From contig CAWCNY010000005.1 of the NCBI GenBank assembly GCA_963797095.1, forward strand, positions 128,001 to 192,000: DNA of 64,000 nucleotides, in the 5' to 3' direction. The translations under genes and the position numbers were made by a program. The notes below the pieces were generated by a model that saw only the letters and a program-made list of their open reading frames with translations, ran no database searches and was not told the origin of the DNA. This document shows, one piece after another, positions 31,213-42,842 of the stretch; the first letter of the stretch is position 1; each line of letters opens with the position of its first letter. This DNA comes from an uncultured Chloroflexia bacterium (GTDB lineage: Bacteria; Chloroflexota; Chloroflexia; QHBQ01; JADMIH01).

Positions 31213-33204
31213 CTATTCCTCCGGCGTATCGTGGATAAAGGCCATGCCGGGCGCTCCCTCAAGGCGTGGGACACCGCGAGGCTGCTCGGCGGCAGGCTTG
31301 GTGGCGGCAGGCTTCTCAGGACGCTCCGGTGCAATCAGTTTCGGCTCCGGCCTCGGCATCCCCTCGAACAGCGCCTCGAAGTCGGCGGCATCCAGGGTTT
31401 CCTTATCGATCAGAAGCTCGCTGATCTCGATCAGCTTGTTTTTGTAGGTGGTCAGGATCTCTTTGGCTTTCTCGTAAGCCTCGTCCACCAGAGCGCGAAC
31501 TTCCTTGTCGATTTCGTATGCAATTTCGTCTGAGTAATTGCGCTGCTCGGAGATTTCGCGGCCCAGGAAGACTAACTCTTCCTTGCGCCCCAGGGCAACC
31601 AGGCCCAATTTCTGGCTCATGCCGTAGCGAGTGACCATCATGCGTGCCATCTCGGTAACGCGCTCAATGTCGTTGCTCGCTCCGGTCGTGATCTCATGGA
31701 ATATGGTCTCTTCGGCAGCACGACCACCCAGCGCGAAAGCAAGGTTGTCTTTGAACTGCCCCTTCGACCACATATATCTATCTTCGCCTGGGAGGACGCG
31801 AGTGTAACCGCCCATCATGCCCCTGGCGATGATGCTGATCTTGTGCACAGGATCGACGTTGGGCAACATACGCGCTACCAGCGCGTGGCCCACCTCGTGG
31901 TAGGCGGTGATCGCCTTTTCGCGCTCCGAAATGATTCGGCTGCGGCGCTCAGGCCCTGCGATCACGCGGTCGATGGCCTCTTCCAACTCGCTCATAGTGA
32001 TCGTCTTGCGGTTGCGGCGGGCAGCCAGGATCGCACCTTCGTTCACCAGGTTCTCAAGGTCCGCCCCCGAGAAGCCGGGGGTCTGCTTGGCGAGAGTTTC
32101 AAGGCTGACACCCTTGTCCAGCGGCTTGCCCCTGGTGTGGACCTGCAAGATAGCCATTCTGCCCTTGATGTCGGGCCTGTCAAGCACCACCTGTCGGTCG
32201 AACCTGCCGGGTCGCAACAGCGCCGGATCTAGCACGTCCGGTCTATTGGTAGCAGCTATCACTATGATGTTAGTCTGGCTGTCGAAGCCATCCATCTCGA
32301 CCAGGATCTGGTTGAGCGTCTGCTCGCGCTCGTCGTGGGAGCCACCAAGGCCCGCGCCACGCTGGCGTCCTACGGCGTCTATCTCGTCTATGAAGATGAT
32401 ACAGGGGGAATTGCGCTTGGCCTGGTCAAAGAGGTCGCGCACGCGGCTGGCGCCCACACCCACGAACATCTCCACGAACTCGGAACCGGAGATAGAGAAG
32501 AAAGGCACGCCTGCTTCACCCGCAACGGCACGCGAAAGCATGGTTTTGCCTGTGCCCGGAGGGCCTACAAGCAGGACGCCACGCGGGATGCGCGCGCCCA
32601 GAGAGTTGAACTTGTCCGGATATTTCAGGAACTCAACCACCTCCGCAAGTTCCTGTTTAGCCTCCTCCACACCCGCAACATCAGCAAAGGTGATGGTGGG
32701 CTTGTTGCCGGTGAACAGTCGAGCACGAGATTTGCCGAACGACATAGCCTGGCTGTTGGTGCCCTGCGCCTGGCGCATCATAAAGAGGAAGGCTCCAACC
32801 AGGATCAGAGTTGGCAACAGGAAGCCCAAAATGCTCAGCAGACTGCCCCAGGACTGGGCAGGCTCTACCTCGATGACGACTGCATCGGGGCCGAGAAGTC
32901 GATCTTTGGATACACCGGCCTTCTCAAGGACGCCATAGATACTATCCTGAGGCTCCTTGAGGGAGGTCTTGAAGTTCTTGCAGCTATCAGGTGCGTCATA
33001 GCAGACAGTTATCTCGCTGCTATCCTCGCGTGCCTCGATCTTGGTAACCTTGCCAGCGTTGACGTCCTGCGCGACCTGGGAGATCGGAATCTCCTCGTTT
33101 GTTGGCGGACGGTTGACAAATACAAAAAAGAGCAACAGGATGGCGGCCATAATGATGATCCACACGAAGCTGTTGCGAAGCCAGCGGTTATCGGTCATTT
33201 TCAT
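31213..33204 (-). CDS. ftsH: ATP-dependent zinc metalloprotease FtsH
   Basis: Two TM helices, [27 protein letters not shown]. Confidence 0.97.
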   Translation of the reverse strand: MKMTDNRWLRNSFVWIIIMAAILLLFFVFVNRPPTNEEIPISQVAQDVNAGKVTKIEAREDSSEITVCYDAPDSCKNFKTSLKEPQDSIYGVLEKAGVSKDRLLGPDAVVIEVEPAQSWGSLLSILGFLLPTLILVGAFLFMMRQAQGTNSQAMSFGKSRARLFTGNKPTITFADVAGVEEAKQELAEVVEFLKYPDKFNSLGARIPRGVLLVGPPGTGKTMLSRAVAGEAGVPFFSISGSEFVEMFVGVGASRVRDLFDQAKRNSPCIIFIDEIDAVGRQRGAGLGGSHDEREQTLNQILVEMDGFDSQTNIIVIAATNRPDVLDPALLRPGRFDRQVVLDRPDIKGRMAILQVHTRGKPLDKGVSLETLAKQTPGFSGADLENLVNEGAILAARRNRKTITMSELEEAIDRVIAGPERRSRIISEREKAITAYHEVGHALVARMLPNVDPVHKISIIARGMMGGYTRVLPGEDRYMWSKGQFKDNLAFALGGRAAEETIFHEITTGASNDIERVTEMARMMVTRYGMSQKLGLVALGRKEELVFLGREISEQRNYSDEIAYEIDKEVRALVDEAYEKAKEILTTYKNKLIEISELLIDKETLDAADFEALFEGMPRPEPKLIAPERPEKPAATKPAAEQPRGVPRLEGAPGMAFIHDTPEE

Positions 33205-34513
33205 GTTTCCTCACGATTGCCATTTTACCGGCGAGCGGCGTCTGAGTCAGGTAACAGCCGATCCGGTGGCACATTTCAAGTTTATTATCCTTGAGGTATG
33301 CAATTTGCGGGCCACGAATAGCAAGATTCGGACAGGCGATACTGTGGTGTAACCCGCCCGCTGGGGACTTACCCTCAAGACCTTCTACAAACCTACTATA
33401 TATGTTAACGCCTTTTGCAACCTTGCGGTTCTCAAGGTCGCCCGGCACTTCTTCTAAACATTATACTCGCACTTCAAAACCCCTGTCAAAGCGTAAGGCC
33501 GTTGTATGCGGTCAGACTTGAGGTGGAGCAATTTCCACTGTATTCTATGAAGTATGAACCTGGAAGAAGAACTAGCCCATCTGCGGGCAGAGAATGCACA
33601 ACTCAAAGAGCAATTGCGCCTTGCTCTGGAGCGCATCGCCGAGTTGGAAGCCAGGTTGGAGCAGATGCAGACACAGCTAGCCTCTGGCTCTGGCTCGCCA
33701 GGTGCCCCATCATTCGTCAAGCCCTCCACTCCCAAGAAGAACAACACCCCAAAGCCTCCCAGACGCCCCAGAGCTAAAGAGCACAATGGTGCCCGCCGCC
33801 GTGAACAATCGCCCACCTCAACAATTGAGCACCACCTGCAGCAGTGTCCCGATTGTGGCTACACCCTTCGTCAGCACCAACTCGCCTCCAGACGCCAGGT
33901 GATAGAACTCCCTCCACCCCCTCCTGTGCAAGTCACTGAGCACCAGCTATTCAAGGGGTGGTGTGCTCGTTGTGGGAGGTGGCACTACCCCACTGTCGAC
34001 CTTACAGGTCAGGTGATTGGGCAAGGCAGAATGGGGGTGCGTATCGCCTCCCTCATAGCTCATCTGCGCACATCGTTGAGGATGCCCCTCCTCCTCATAA
34101 AAGAGTACCTGTACACCATACACAAGTTGACCATCTCTTCGGGTGAGGTTGTGGAGTTGTTGCATCGAATGGTGCAAGCCGAACCTCTGAAGGAGGCTGC
34201 TGCCTCCATAAAGAAGAGGGTTCGAAGGAGCCATAGCCATGTGGTACATGGTGACGAAACCACCTGGCGAGAAGGGGGACAAAACGGCTATATCTGGGGC
34301 TTCTTCACGCCCGATGGAGAGCGATTGTACGAGTACGACCAGAGCCGAGGGGGAGCGGTAGCCAAACGAATAATGGGGTCTAACTTTGGGGAAAAGGGTC
34401 AAGTAATGTCGAGTGACTTCTACGGTGGCTACAACGACTTCCCAGGAGAGCACCAGCGGTGCTGGGCACATCTGCTCCGTGATTTGCATAAGCTGAAAGA
34501 GGAGCACCCCATC

Positions 34514-34657
34514 AACCCTACCAACCCTACCAACCCTACCAACCCTACCAACCCTACCAACCCTACCAACCCTACCAACCCTACCAACCCTACCAACCCT
34601 ACCAACCCTACCAACCCTACCAACCCTACCAACCCTACCAACCCCACTAACCCCACT
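34514..34657 (+). repeat. 9-bp tandem repeat, 14x AACCCTACC + 2x AACCCCACT, encoding (NPT)16
   Basis: Read directly; 144 bp, in frame. Confidence 0.95.
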
Positions 34658-34901
34658 AACGAGGAAGTGCATGAATGGGCCAGGGGAGTGCGAGCACTGT
34701 ACGATGATGCCCATAAGCTGTTGGAAGAACACGAACTTGGCCCTCCCACTGCAGACGAAGCCACAAAAGAGCCACACAAGTGGGAGCAGCGTGTAAGAGA
34801 GTACCGGCGGTTGGTGGAAGGGGTTGCCAAGCTAGGTGCGCAGTATGCCGATGCCAAGGAGTTCGGGCCACAGGGCGGGGGCAAACAAGGGCCACAGGGC
34901 A

Positions 34902-34936
34902 GGGGCGGGGGCGGGGGCGGGGGCGGGGGCGGGGGC
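34902..34936 (+). repeat. (GGGGGC)n hexamer repeat encoding poly-Gly
   Basis: Read directly. Confidence 0.9.
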
Positions 34937-35152
34937 AAGAACGGTAACGGCCCCCAAAGAGCAAGCACCCATGCCACACCTTGTGCAAGAGACTGCTGCG
35001 CCACCAGGAGGAGTTATTCCAGTTCGTGATAGTGCCCACCTTATCCTCTGACAACAACCTGGCGGAACGGTCAATCCGTCCTGTGGTGGGGGTTTTTGCA
35101 TATCCCCCCAAAACGGTGCACTTCCCTTTCAGAGATATTTGGCGCTCCTCTG

Positions 35153-35497
35153 CTATTTGGCGAAGTTGTCCAGGCCGAATTGCTCCATGGGTAGGAAGAC
35201 ATTTTCTGGTTCGGGTTGCCCGCCGAAAATATAGTATGTATCCGCCCCTTTGGTGGCTCCTATCTCATAAACAGCCCACTCATAGCTAATATCGGCGAGG
35301 AAAATGAGCCAGTCTGCGGCTATTGTGGGGAGTTGCCTGGCTTGCACTGTCGCTTCGGTGAAGTATTCCCCCTTCAATTCATGCAGCTTATATAGGGGTG
35401 CAGTCCAAACATAAACTCTGTTATAGTTAAGCCAGCAAATGACGAACGGGCTTGTCTGACTGGCCTTTCTGTTATCTGAGTAAAGAGCCTTTCTCAC
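35153..35497 (-). CDS. hypothetical protein or gene fragment
   Basis: Protein-like ORF ending next to the left IR; no motif recognised. Confidence 0.35.
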   Translation of the reverse strand: MRKALYSDNRKASQTSPFVICWLNYNRVYVWTAPLYKLHELKGEYFTEATVQARQLPTIAADWLIFLADISYEWAVYEIGATKGADTYYIFGGQPEPENVFLPMEQFGLDNFAK

Positions 35498-35764
35498 TCG
35501 CTTAGGAGGTCAGGTGTGAATACTCATGGCATCAGCCCATTTATGGGGCTTTTGTTGATATTTCTGGCTATAATAGCGGCTGTAATCGTGTTCTCAGCAA
35601 ACTCCGATCATAAGCGGCCGACAGAAGTAGCGTTAGTGACTGAACTAACAGCATCGCCAGCTATCAGCATAACGCCTAGTGTTAGCCGGGGTATGAGTAG
35701 CAACGGAGCAGAGAAGTACGTTTAGCTGTTCAGTTTGGTGAACATAGTGCCTGGTTAGCGGAGC

Positions 35765-36406
35765 TTACTCGGGTGGTAAACCTGCCTCAGTCCGGAGCAG
35801 CATCCGTTCTTCGCGTAGACTCAGTCGTCGTTTCTGCTCTGGCGGTTCCGATGGTTCCGCTAACCTACGTCGATGTCTTGCTTCTTCAGTTTCTTCAGGC
35901 CCCAAAGGCCCGGAAGGTCCGGATTGAGCTTCCACCCTTCCTTCCCATGTGCCGGCCAACTCATCCACATCTGAGGCGATCCGACCCAAGATCCTGCGTA
36001 TCCGTTTCCCCATCGAATGGCACATATTCGGTTTGGGGTCTGTCTCCAGTCGCAGATTTACTGCTACCTGCTTTCCTTGCTCCAGTTGTTCAAGCCAACC
36101 AATACATTGCCGCAGTGCATCGGATCGTTGCTTAAGTTGCTCACGTTCGACTCCCGTGCTGTATGCAACTCGCACTATGGCTTCGATGAACTGAAACAGG
36201 GCGGATGGCGGCGCTCTAAGAAACGAACGTTTTCCGGTCCTGATACAGGCGGATAGCCGATGTAGCCACATGAGTGCCACACATGAGCCTACTGGCGCTT
36301 CAGCATACCACAAATCATGGGAGGTATGCCCCCGACTTTTCACTGCTCCCCCTTCTTGGGAGGCGAGGGTTTGTAAGACAGCAGTACTTGGGGTAAGTTC
36401 AGGCAT
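35765..36406 (-). CDS. hypothetical protein with hairpin-sequestered RBS
   Basis: AAAGGAG RBS before ATG; helical, charged C-terminus; no motif recognised. Confidence 0.5.
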   Translation of the reverse strand: MPELTPSTAVLQTLASQEGGAVKSRGHTSHDLWYAEAPVGSCVALMWLHRLSACIRTGKRSFLRAPPSALFQFIEAIVRVAYSTGVEREQLKQRSDALRQCIGWLEQLEQGKQVAVNLRLETDPKPNMCHSMGKRIRRILGRIASDVDELAGTWEGRVEAQSGPSGPLGPEETEEARHRRRLAEPSEPPEQKRRLSLREERMLLRTEAGLPPE

Positions 36407-36890
36407 CAGGAACTCCTTTCGGCTGTAGGATTGGGTTTGCTACCTCCTATCATGCCAAAAAGGGTTCCTTTATTCAGTTTGTGAATTGCTTAACTTGACG
36501 CGGATGGGGGTTCTGGCCTATAACCGTTGTGGCAAATGCCGCTGTTGTATAGGCCCCGTTATGGACTACTCTCGTGATATCCACGGCTTTTTAGTGCATT
36601 CCCCAATCACTTATAAAGTACACCTTGGCCTTGGTTATTGATTGGCATCAAGAATAGTGATTACTCACGTATCGATTTTCACCAATCCTTCACCATTCTG
36701 TTACCCGTATTATTACTAATGCTCGTTAAGCTACAGTAAACCAACCATGCAGTTCGGAGCATTGATATGTAACTTACTAATGGCGGACAGTTGGTGATTG
36801 GGTATTAGCTAATGACGCTCTGAGCTATCGGTTTGCTGAGTACCTTGCGGCGCCCTCAACTGTTCTACACGGGTAAAACAGGAGGCTACT

Positions 36891-38237
36891 ATGCGAAGCG
36901 AAAGTTACAAGGATTTCACCAGAGGCTTGCTTTTTACTCTGCTGCTTGGGTTGGCCATGGCGATAGCGCTTGCAGGCATTTTGTCGCGTGGGACTGGTCA
37001 ATCCGCTGGGAGCAAGGATCAGTCATCTCAGGGTGGCAATGTGGCGCAGGTACCGCTTCCACCAGGCACTCAGGAGCCTACTATTATTCCTGAAGTGACG
37101 CCATCGCGACCCGTCCCCTCCAACACACCTCTTCCTGCATCTTTGGGGGCCGCAACTATTGTCACGCCTACAACGTCAACTCTGCTCGTCAACGCGAACC
37201 TAAACCTCGGCGAAAAGATCTCGGTTGATCGTCCAGAACCAGTACATTCCCTTGCTTTTGCTCCGACGGGCGACAAACTCGTATACATGACGATATCGGG
37301 GAACTTGTACTGGTCAGATATTGATGGTTCTAATGCTACATTAATCGATACCTATGACCCAGCTGCGAATTACAGTATCCTTGATGATCAGATGCCAAAG
37401 GGCAATACCCTGTTTGTACCGGGCTATGCAATGCAATTCACTCCCGGCCAAGCACCCCAAATAACCGCTGCGCCTGCTACGTTGGGACTATCTCAGATTC
37501 GTTGGTGGAGCGCAATCAGAGCAAGCGGGGTCACAGGTGGTCCATTGCGCGACGGCTATGTAGGTGGTGAGCAACTGGTTACCCTGGAAGCTAGCGGGGG
37601 AGTCGTATCCACCCTCAATGTGCCCTATATGGAAACTGGTGCTGTGAAACCAGGAGGTCAATGGTTGGCATATGCCACCAGCCAACAAACTACCGATACG
37701 CCATTTGTTGGATCGACACCTCAAACCATTTATTTGCTGAACCTGTTGACCGGTGACCGCCTTCAACTCACCCAACCTGGGATGGGATGGGAAGTCTTTA
37801 GCTGGTCCCCTGATGCAAACTGGATATATGCCAGTGCGATCGTTAACGGCGATTTGTATGGTGTGATGATCAGTGCGGATGGACTTCAATGGGTGGTCGT
37901 TACGCCGCCTGGTCACAGTGGTTACGATGCTGTTTGGAGCCCTAACAGCAGTCTGCTTGCCTTCTCTGTCATAGACGGTGGATGCGACGGTGACACGAGT
38001 CCTTGCCCTCCACGGGAGAGCCAAGTATATGTGGTCAACGTCCCAGAGCGCAAGAAGACGTCAATTGGTACCGGGCCCGGCCCTTTTATGAGTAGCGGTG
38101 CAGAGATGATGCGGCCCAAATGGTCTCCTGATGGCTCTCTGTTAGCTTTGCTATCCTTCAACCCCGACTGTGAGCCGAATTGCCCATGTACAGGGCTTGC
38201 GCCAGCATACTTCATGATGAACGCGCCAACCAATTGA
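36891..38237 (+). CDS. membrane-anchored TolB/WD40-like beta-propeller protein
   Basis: N-terminal TM, Pro/Thr linker, repeats LAFAPTGD, FSWSPDA, AVWSPNS, PKWSPDG; GGAGG RBS. Confidence 0.8.
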   Translation: MRSESYKDFTRGLLFTLLLGLAMAIALAGILSRGTGQSAGSKDQSSQGGNVAQVPLPPGTQEPTIIPEVTPSRPVPSNTPLPASLGAATIVTPTTSTLLVNANLNLGEKISVDRPEPVHSLAFAPTGDKLVYMTISGNLYWSDIDGSNATLIDTYDPAANYSILDDQMPKGNTLFVPGYAMQFTPGQAPQITAAPATLGLSQIRWWSAIRASGVTGGPLRDGYVGGEQLVTLEASGGVVSTLNVPYMETGAVKPGGQWLAYATSQQTTDTPFVGSTPQTIYLLNLLTGDRLQLTQPGMGWEVFSWSPDANWIYASAIVNGDLYGVMISADGLQWVVVTPPGHSGYDAVWSPNSSLLAFSVIDGGCDGDTSPCPPRESQVYVVNVPERKKTSIGTGPGPFMSSGAEMMRPKWSPDGSLLALLSFNPDCEPNCPCTGLAPAYFMMNAPTN

Positions 38238-38338
38238 CCTCAGTCGTGGCTGTAAACTCTATTCTCAAACACACTTCGAAGTATTTGCTCGATCGTATGT
38301 CATGCGATTTTGCAGAGCAAAAGAGGAGCGACGAAACC

Positions 38339-39304
38339 ATGAACCAGAAACTAAGCCGTACTCATCGGAGAATGAGCGTGGCGCTTATATGGTGTGCTGC
38401 ACTGGTCGGACTGCTGGTGTGGTTGACGGCGTCACAAAGCACAGACAGTTTTGCTAGCACAGAAGGTTCGCAGCACAATAGCCAACCAGCTGGATATGCT
38501 GTTCCAACTCCATCAGCGTTTAAGAATCAAGACAACCAGGGCACCGAGGGATCGGATTCACCAACCGTGAATTTCCGTGAATTGACTAATTTCAAGTTTG
38601 TGCTGGATCCAGGACATGGCGGTACAGAACACCATGCGGTGGGACCGCGGGGTTCTCTGGAGAAGAACTGGAATTTGAGCATTTCCGAGAATTTGTACCC
38701 CAAATTGTCGGGTCATGGGGCTGTCGTATATCGTACTCGGACCTGTGACTGCACGGTATCGCTCGATGATCGTGTACGATTTAACAACAATCTGTACCAA
38801 AGTGGTGGCACCATAAATAACTGGCGCCTGATCTCGATCCACTTGAACGGGGCTTCTGATCCGGCGACTAACTATACCAGTACTTGGTATCGATATCAGA
38901 CTCCAAATGCCCCCAGCCAGGAACTGGCACGGGCCTTTGCAACTCAGATTGGAAGGACGACTAATCTGACTTCCTACGCCTGGACTGAAGATCTTGAGAT
39001 GACTAGATGTACGGAGCCGATAGGGTACAACATTCTGACGGAAAGCGGTTTCCTGACCAACGCGGCTTTCGAGAATAGACTGCTTGATCAAGGTTTTGCG
39101 AGTAGCCTGGCCGATGCTCATTATCGTTCGGCAGTGGATTACTGGCTGGTTGGCTATACAGGTCCACATCAGAACCTGAAACAGGACATTTACAACTCCT
39201 ACTGGGATAATCTCAATAATGGGATTGATCCAGGTGTGCCATTCGATAATGGAGGCGGCTATTATGCCCACCAATGGAACGATGCATTCACACAGGAGTT
39301 CAAG
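38339..39304 (+). pseudogene. secreted N-acetylmuramoyl-L-alanine amidase (Amidase_3), 5' part of an IS21-split gene
   Basis: Signal-like N-terminus; LDPGHGG, EKNWNL, ISIHLN, LTESGFLTN zinc/catalytic motifs. Confidence 0.87.
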
Positions 39305-39885
39305 TGTTTTTGTCAATAGAAAAGGGAGCCATTTGATAACCAAAAAGGGAGCCACTTCTCCTCCCCGACGAAAATATTGATAATTAAAAAAGGGAGCCAT
39401 TTGATAATCGAAAAGGGGGCCACACGGAAATCGCAAGTCTAGTGGGGACATCACGGACATGACTCTAGTCGACATTTGGAACAACATGGACCGCAGCACG
39501 GTCGTGGCTTATCGAACGGTCTTTGACGCTTCGCAACAATCGTTTGCATGGTGGGTTGTAATAATCCCTCTGGCGGTTGCGTTCGTCGGTGTTGGAATAT
39601 TGGTCAATCGCAGCCGCATACCCAAGGTACCTAGTGCCATAAGGATATCTGGATCTGTAACCCTGATCTGTGCTGGTTTGTGCGTTGCGATCTTCCTCTT
39701 TGCGTCGACGCTTTCCGCATATCATACTGGCAGCGATTTGCTCGCCACTAATCAGGCACAGGTTGCTGAGGGGCAAGTAATAGACCTAACCAGTACGGCC
39801 AGTGGCAAGGCCGAGAGCTTTAGGGTGCAAGGGGTCCAGTTTAGTTACTCCGAATACAGCGAGAGCCTTGGCTTTCACCATGTAA

Positions 39886-41184
39886 GGGACTCTCGATGAA
39901 TAAACTAGCCTCTTCTGGTGTTATACTCCAGTGATCACACTCTGGAGGTATGTTGATGGAACTAACCAACTCTCTCAAGACAATGCTAATCGAGACCGCT
40001 AAGTCCCTCAAAGGCAGTGACCGCCGCTTGTTTATGGCCCGTACCGTCAAAGAACTCGGTCCTGGTGGTCAAGCTCTCGCAGCCCGTGAACTGCACTGGG
40101 GCCGCATGACTATTCGCAAAGGTATCCATGAACTTGACACTGGCATCAGATGTGTCGATGCTTTCGCTGCGCGTGGCCGCAAGCGGTCAGAAGTTCATCT
40201 GCCCAACCTATTACCGGATCTGCAAGCTATAGTCGATAGCCAGAGCCAGGCTGATCCTCAGTTTCGTACTAACCGCCTCTATACCCGCCTCTCTGCCGCC
40301 GAAGTGCGCCGTCAGTTGATCGCGCAAAAGGGCTACACCGACCCGCAGTTGCCTACCCCAGAAACCATCGGGGGCAAGTTGAATGACCTGGGCTACTACC
40401 CCAAGAAGGTTGCCAAGTCGCAACCCCAAAAAAAGTCCCCCAAACTGATGCCATCTTCGAGCAAGTAAATGCGGTCAATCGCGCAGCCGATGCTAATGAG
40501 AGGGAATTGCGCATTTCTATGGACGCCAAAGCGGCTGTTTTAGTCGGGCCATTCTCCCGTGGTGGTAAGTCTCGTGTGCCGACCGCAGCCGCTGACCACG
40601 ACTTTGAAGCGCTGGCAAAGGTGACGCCAGTGGGGATTATGCTACCCCAGTCGAACGAATTGTTTCTATATGGCATTACTTCCAAAGTGACGAGTGACTG
40701 CCTGGTCGATTGTCTGGAGCAGTGGTGGCAGAGCGTGCGCAGTCGCTTCGCCACAATCAGGACGCTGGTGATCAATCTGGATAATGGACCGGAGAACCAC
40801 AGTCGGCGCACCCAATTCGTGCAGCGACTGCTGAATTTCGCATCGGACTACGGGATAAAGGTGCGGCTGGCTTACTACCCACCGTACCACAGCAAGTACA
40901 ATGCGGTTGAGCGCTGTTGGGGCATCCTGGAAAACCATTGGAACGGTGCATTACTCAACTCCATAGAGGCAGTAATTGCGTATGCGGGGACGATGACCTG
41001 GAAGGGGCGCCGACCGGCAGTGGAACTGGTGACAACAAGGTATGCCAGTGGGGTGAAACTGAGCAAAGAGGCGATGAAGGCAGTAGAAGGGCAACTCATA
41101 CGCCATAAAACGTTGGGCAAATGGTTTCTCGACATCACTCCTGCTCCACTCTACTCCCAGGCTTGTTAATTTCTTGAGAGTCCC
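39886..41184 (+). mobile_element. ISAzo13-family IS, 1299 bp
   Basis: IR GGGACTCTC / GAGAGTCCC; 3-bp TSD TAA. Confidence 0.88.
39950..41169 (+). CDS. ISAzo13 transposase, two ORFs joined by a probable -1 frameshift at A AAA AAG (40428-40435)
   Basis: RGRKRSE..QADPQFR; -1 frame PQTDAIFEQV, RISMDAKA, LDNGPEN, YYPPYHSKYNAVERCWG. Confidence 0.87.
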
Positions 41185-41399
41185 TAAGTACACTTGGGGG
41201 GCCAATGAAAGAGGGGCTACAAGTCAAGATTTGGTATGCCCACATAGACGGCGATCCCTCGGATCCGGTGATATTGAAGCTAGAGATATCACAGTGAATG
41301 GTTATAGCCATTTGGCATCGGAAGAGTAGGCACAGGGACCATCCTGCTCATTTACCCAGACGCAATAAGGCTCGGTGTGCCAATTAGGATACGCTCAGT

Positions 41400-41723
41400 T
41401 CACCAATTCCAAGGCTTGCGAGGCCGTCCTACCCGTGGTCGCCATCCGTAGGGGCTAGTGTCTCGCTTGCGCTTCTCCCGCTGGCGCGCCGTGTTCATCG
41501 CCCTTTGGGCTTCCCTTCGGCAACCATCGCAGTAACGCGGAGCTGCCCCTGGATACTGCCACACCTCTCGCTCCTCGCTGCACCACTCGCAACGGAACGA
41601 AACGAGTTGAGCGTGGAGGGTTCGTGTGTAGCCCCGGCAGGTCGTTACCACCTTCGAGGGCGGTTCGACGGCAGGTTCGCTAGCTGGGAGTGCGCTTGGG
41701 TTAGAGCTGGAGTTAGAGGTCAT
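41400..41723 (-). CDS. small zinc-finger-like protein (CxxC..CxxC, basic tail), IS21 passenger
   Basis: FRCEWC...PRYCDGCRREA..RQREKRKR; co-oriented just after istB. Confidence 0.6.
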   Translation of the reverse strand: MTSNSSSNPSALPASEPAVEPPSKVVTTCRGYTRTLHAQLVSFRCEWCSEEREVWQYPGAAPRYCDGCRREAQRAMNTARQREKRKRDTSPYGWRPRVGRPRKPWNW

Positions 41724-41764
41724 GACTTAATTTCGGCCATTTTGAGGTCAATTTTGCGAAAAAA

Positions 41765-42841
41765 CTAAGGCCGATCAGCGATGCTTGCCATTTGCGCCGG
41801 TTCTGCTTCCTCTGTCTCCCCGCTCTCCCCGATCTCCCCGCTCTCCCCGCTCTCCCCGCTCTCCCCGATCTCCCCCGCTTCTGCCCCCTCGTCTTCCTCC
41901 CCTCCTTCCATCTCTCGGCTCTCCAGACTCTGAATAGAACCGTACCCGAAATTCCCGTTCGCACCATCACCTGTTCTTTCACTTCGCCCCTGCCCCTGCC
42001 CCTGCACCTGTTGCTGTTGAAGACGCTGGCGAAAACGAAACAACTCTCCAACAAACTCCAGAATGTGTGCTTTGTGCGTGAGCCGGTCCAAAAGTGCAGC
42101 CGTCATTCGCTCATCTCCTAACACACTGTTCCAATCTCCAAATCGCAGGTTCGTAGTTATGATGATTGCCACTCTCTCGTAAAGGGTCGAACAGAACTGG
42201 AAGAGCAACTGCGCACCCGCCGCTGTAAATGGTATGAAGCCTAGCTCGTCCAGCACAATCACCTGCTGCTTGCACATCTGTGTCATGAAACGGGACAATC
42301 GCAGCTCCTGTTGTGCCTGGATCATATCATTGATTAAGCCTGCTACGTTGTAGAAGCGCACATGATGGCCCTGACGGCAAGCCGCAAGGGCAAGACTTGT
42401 GGCAATATGGGTCTTGCCAAGCCCTGGATTGCCAACCAAAAGGATCGGCTCTGCCCTCTGAATGTACCCACCCTGAGCCAGTTCAAGTACCCTCGTCTTG
42501 GCTAAACCCTGCACGACACTGAAATCGAAGTCAGCAAGCTCTTTGAGCACCGGGAATTTGGCGGAGGCGATAGAGCGTTCCACTCGATGCACTTCTCGTT
42601 GGCCTACCTCTCCTTCAGCCAGAGCTAACAGAAAACGTTCATAGCTGAGGTTGGTCTGTGCGGCATCTTGAGCCAACTTCTGGTAGTGTTGCACGAAGCT
42701 GGGCAATCGTAACTGGCGTAGATAGCTTTCCAGCAACATGTGATGTTCTGTCGCCCTTGCTGCCCTTGCTGGCTTTACCGTGTTCGTATTCGCCGTGTTC
42801 ACGGTCTGCGTCCTCTCCGTTCTCTCCCTCTCTTTCTCCAA
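41765..42841 (-). CDS. istB: IS21 helper ATPase IstB with low-complexity tail
   Basis: [35 protein letters not shown]; TTG start after GGAGG. Confidence 0.93.
   Translation of the reverse strand: MEKERERTERTQTVNTANTNTVKPARAARATEHHMLLESYLRQLRLPSFVQHYQKLAQDAAQTNLSYERFLLALAEGEVGQREVHRVERSIASAKFPVLKELADFDFSVVQGLAKTRVLELAQGGYIQRAEPILLVGNPGLGKTHIATSLALAACRQGHHVRFYNVAGLINDMIQAQQELRLSRFMTQMCKQQVIVLDELGFIPFTAAGAQLLFQFCSTLYERVAIIITTNLRFGDWNSVLGDERMTAALLDRLTHKAHILEFVGELFRFRQRLQQQQVQGQGQGRSERTGDGANGNFGYGSIQSLESREMEGGEEDEGAEAGEIGESGESGESGEIGESGETEEAEPAQMASIADRP
41812..41878 (-). repeat. 9-bp tandem repeat (C/A)TCTCCCCG encoding GES/GEI in the IstB tail
   Basis: Read directly. Confidence 0.85.
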
Positions 42842-42842
42842 T

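Larger units (their letters stand above)
33554..35087 (+). pseudogene. IS66 transposase, N-terminal part (repeat expansions, frameshift near C5 run 34951-34955, Tn3-interrupted)
   Basis: Coiled coil, CPDCG, HGDETTW, SDFYGGY, QRCWAHLLR; shifted frame KHPCHTLCKRL..DNNLAERSIRPV. Confidence 0.88.
39459..41297 (+). pseudogene. two-TM membrane protein (178 aa reconstituted) interrupted by ISAzo13
   Basis: Removing 39886-41187 gives ...SLGFHHVSTLGGPMKEGLQVKIWYAHIDGDPSDPVILKLEISQ*. Confidence 0.8.

Noticed and set aside
31696-33294. Long plus-strand ORFs opposite ftsH (and similar ones opposite E1/E2, tatD, amidase)
   Set aside because: Antisense shadows of GC-rich coding genes with no recognisable motifs.
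34514-34657. CRISPR array or telomeric repeat
   Set aside because: Units are 9 bp, contiguous and without spacers, and stay in frame within a transposase; the AACCCT likeness to TTAGGG is coincidental and no cas genes are present.
34981-35289. Independent 102-aa gene
   Set aside because: It is the frameshifted IS66 transposase tail reading into the Tn3 left IR.
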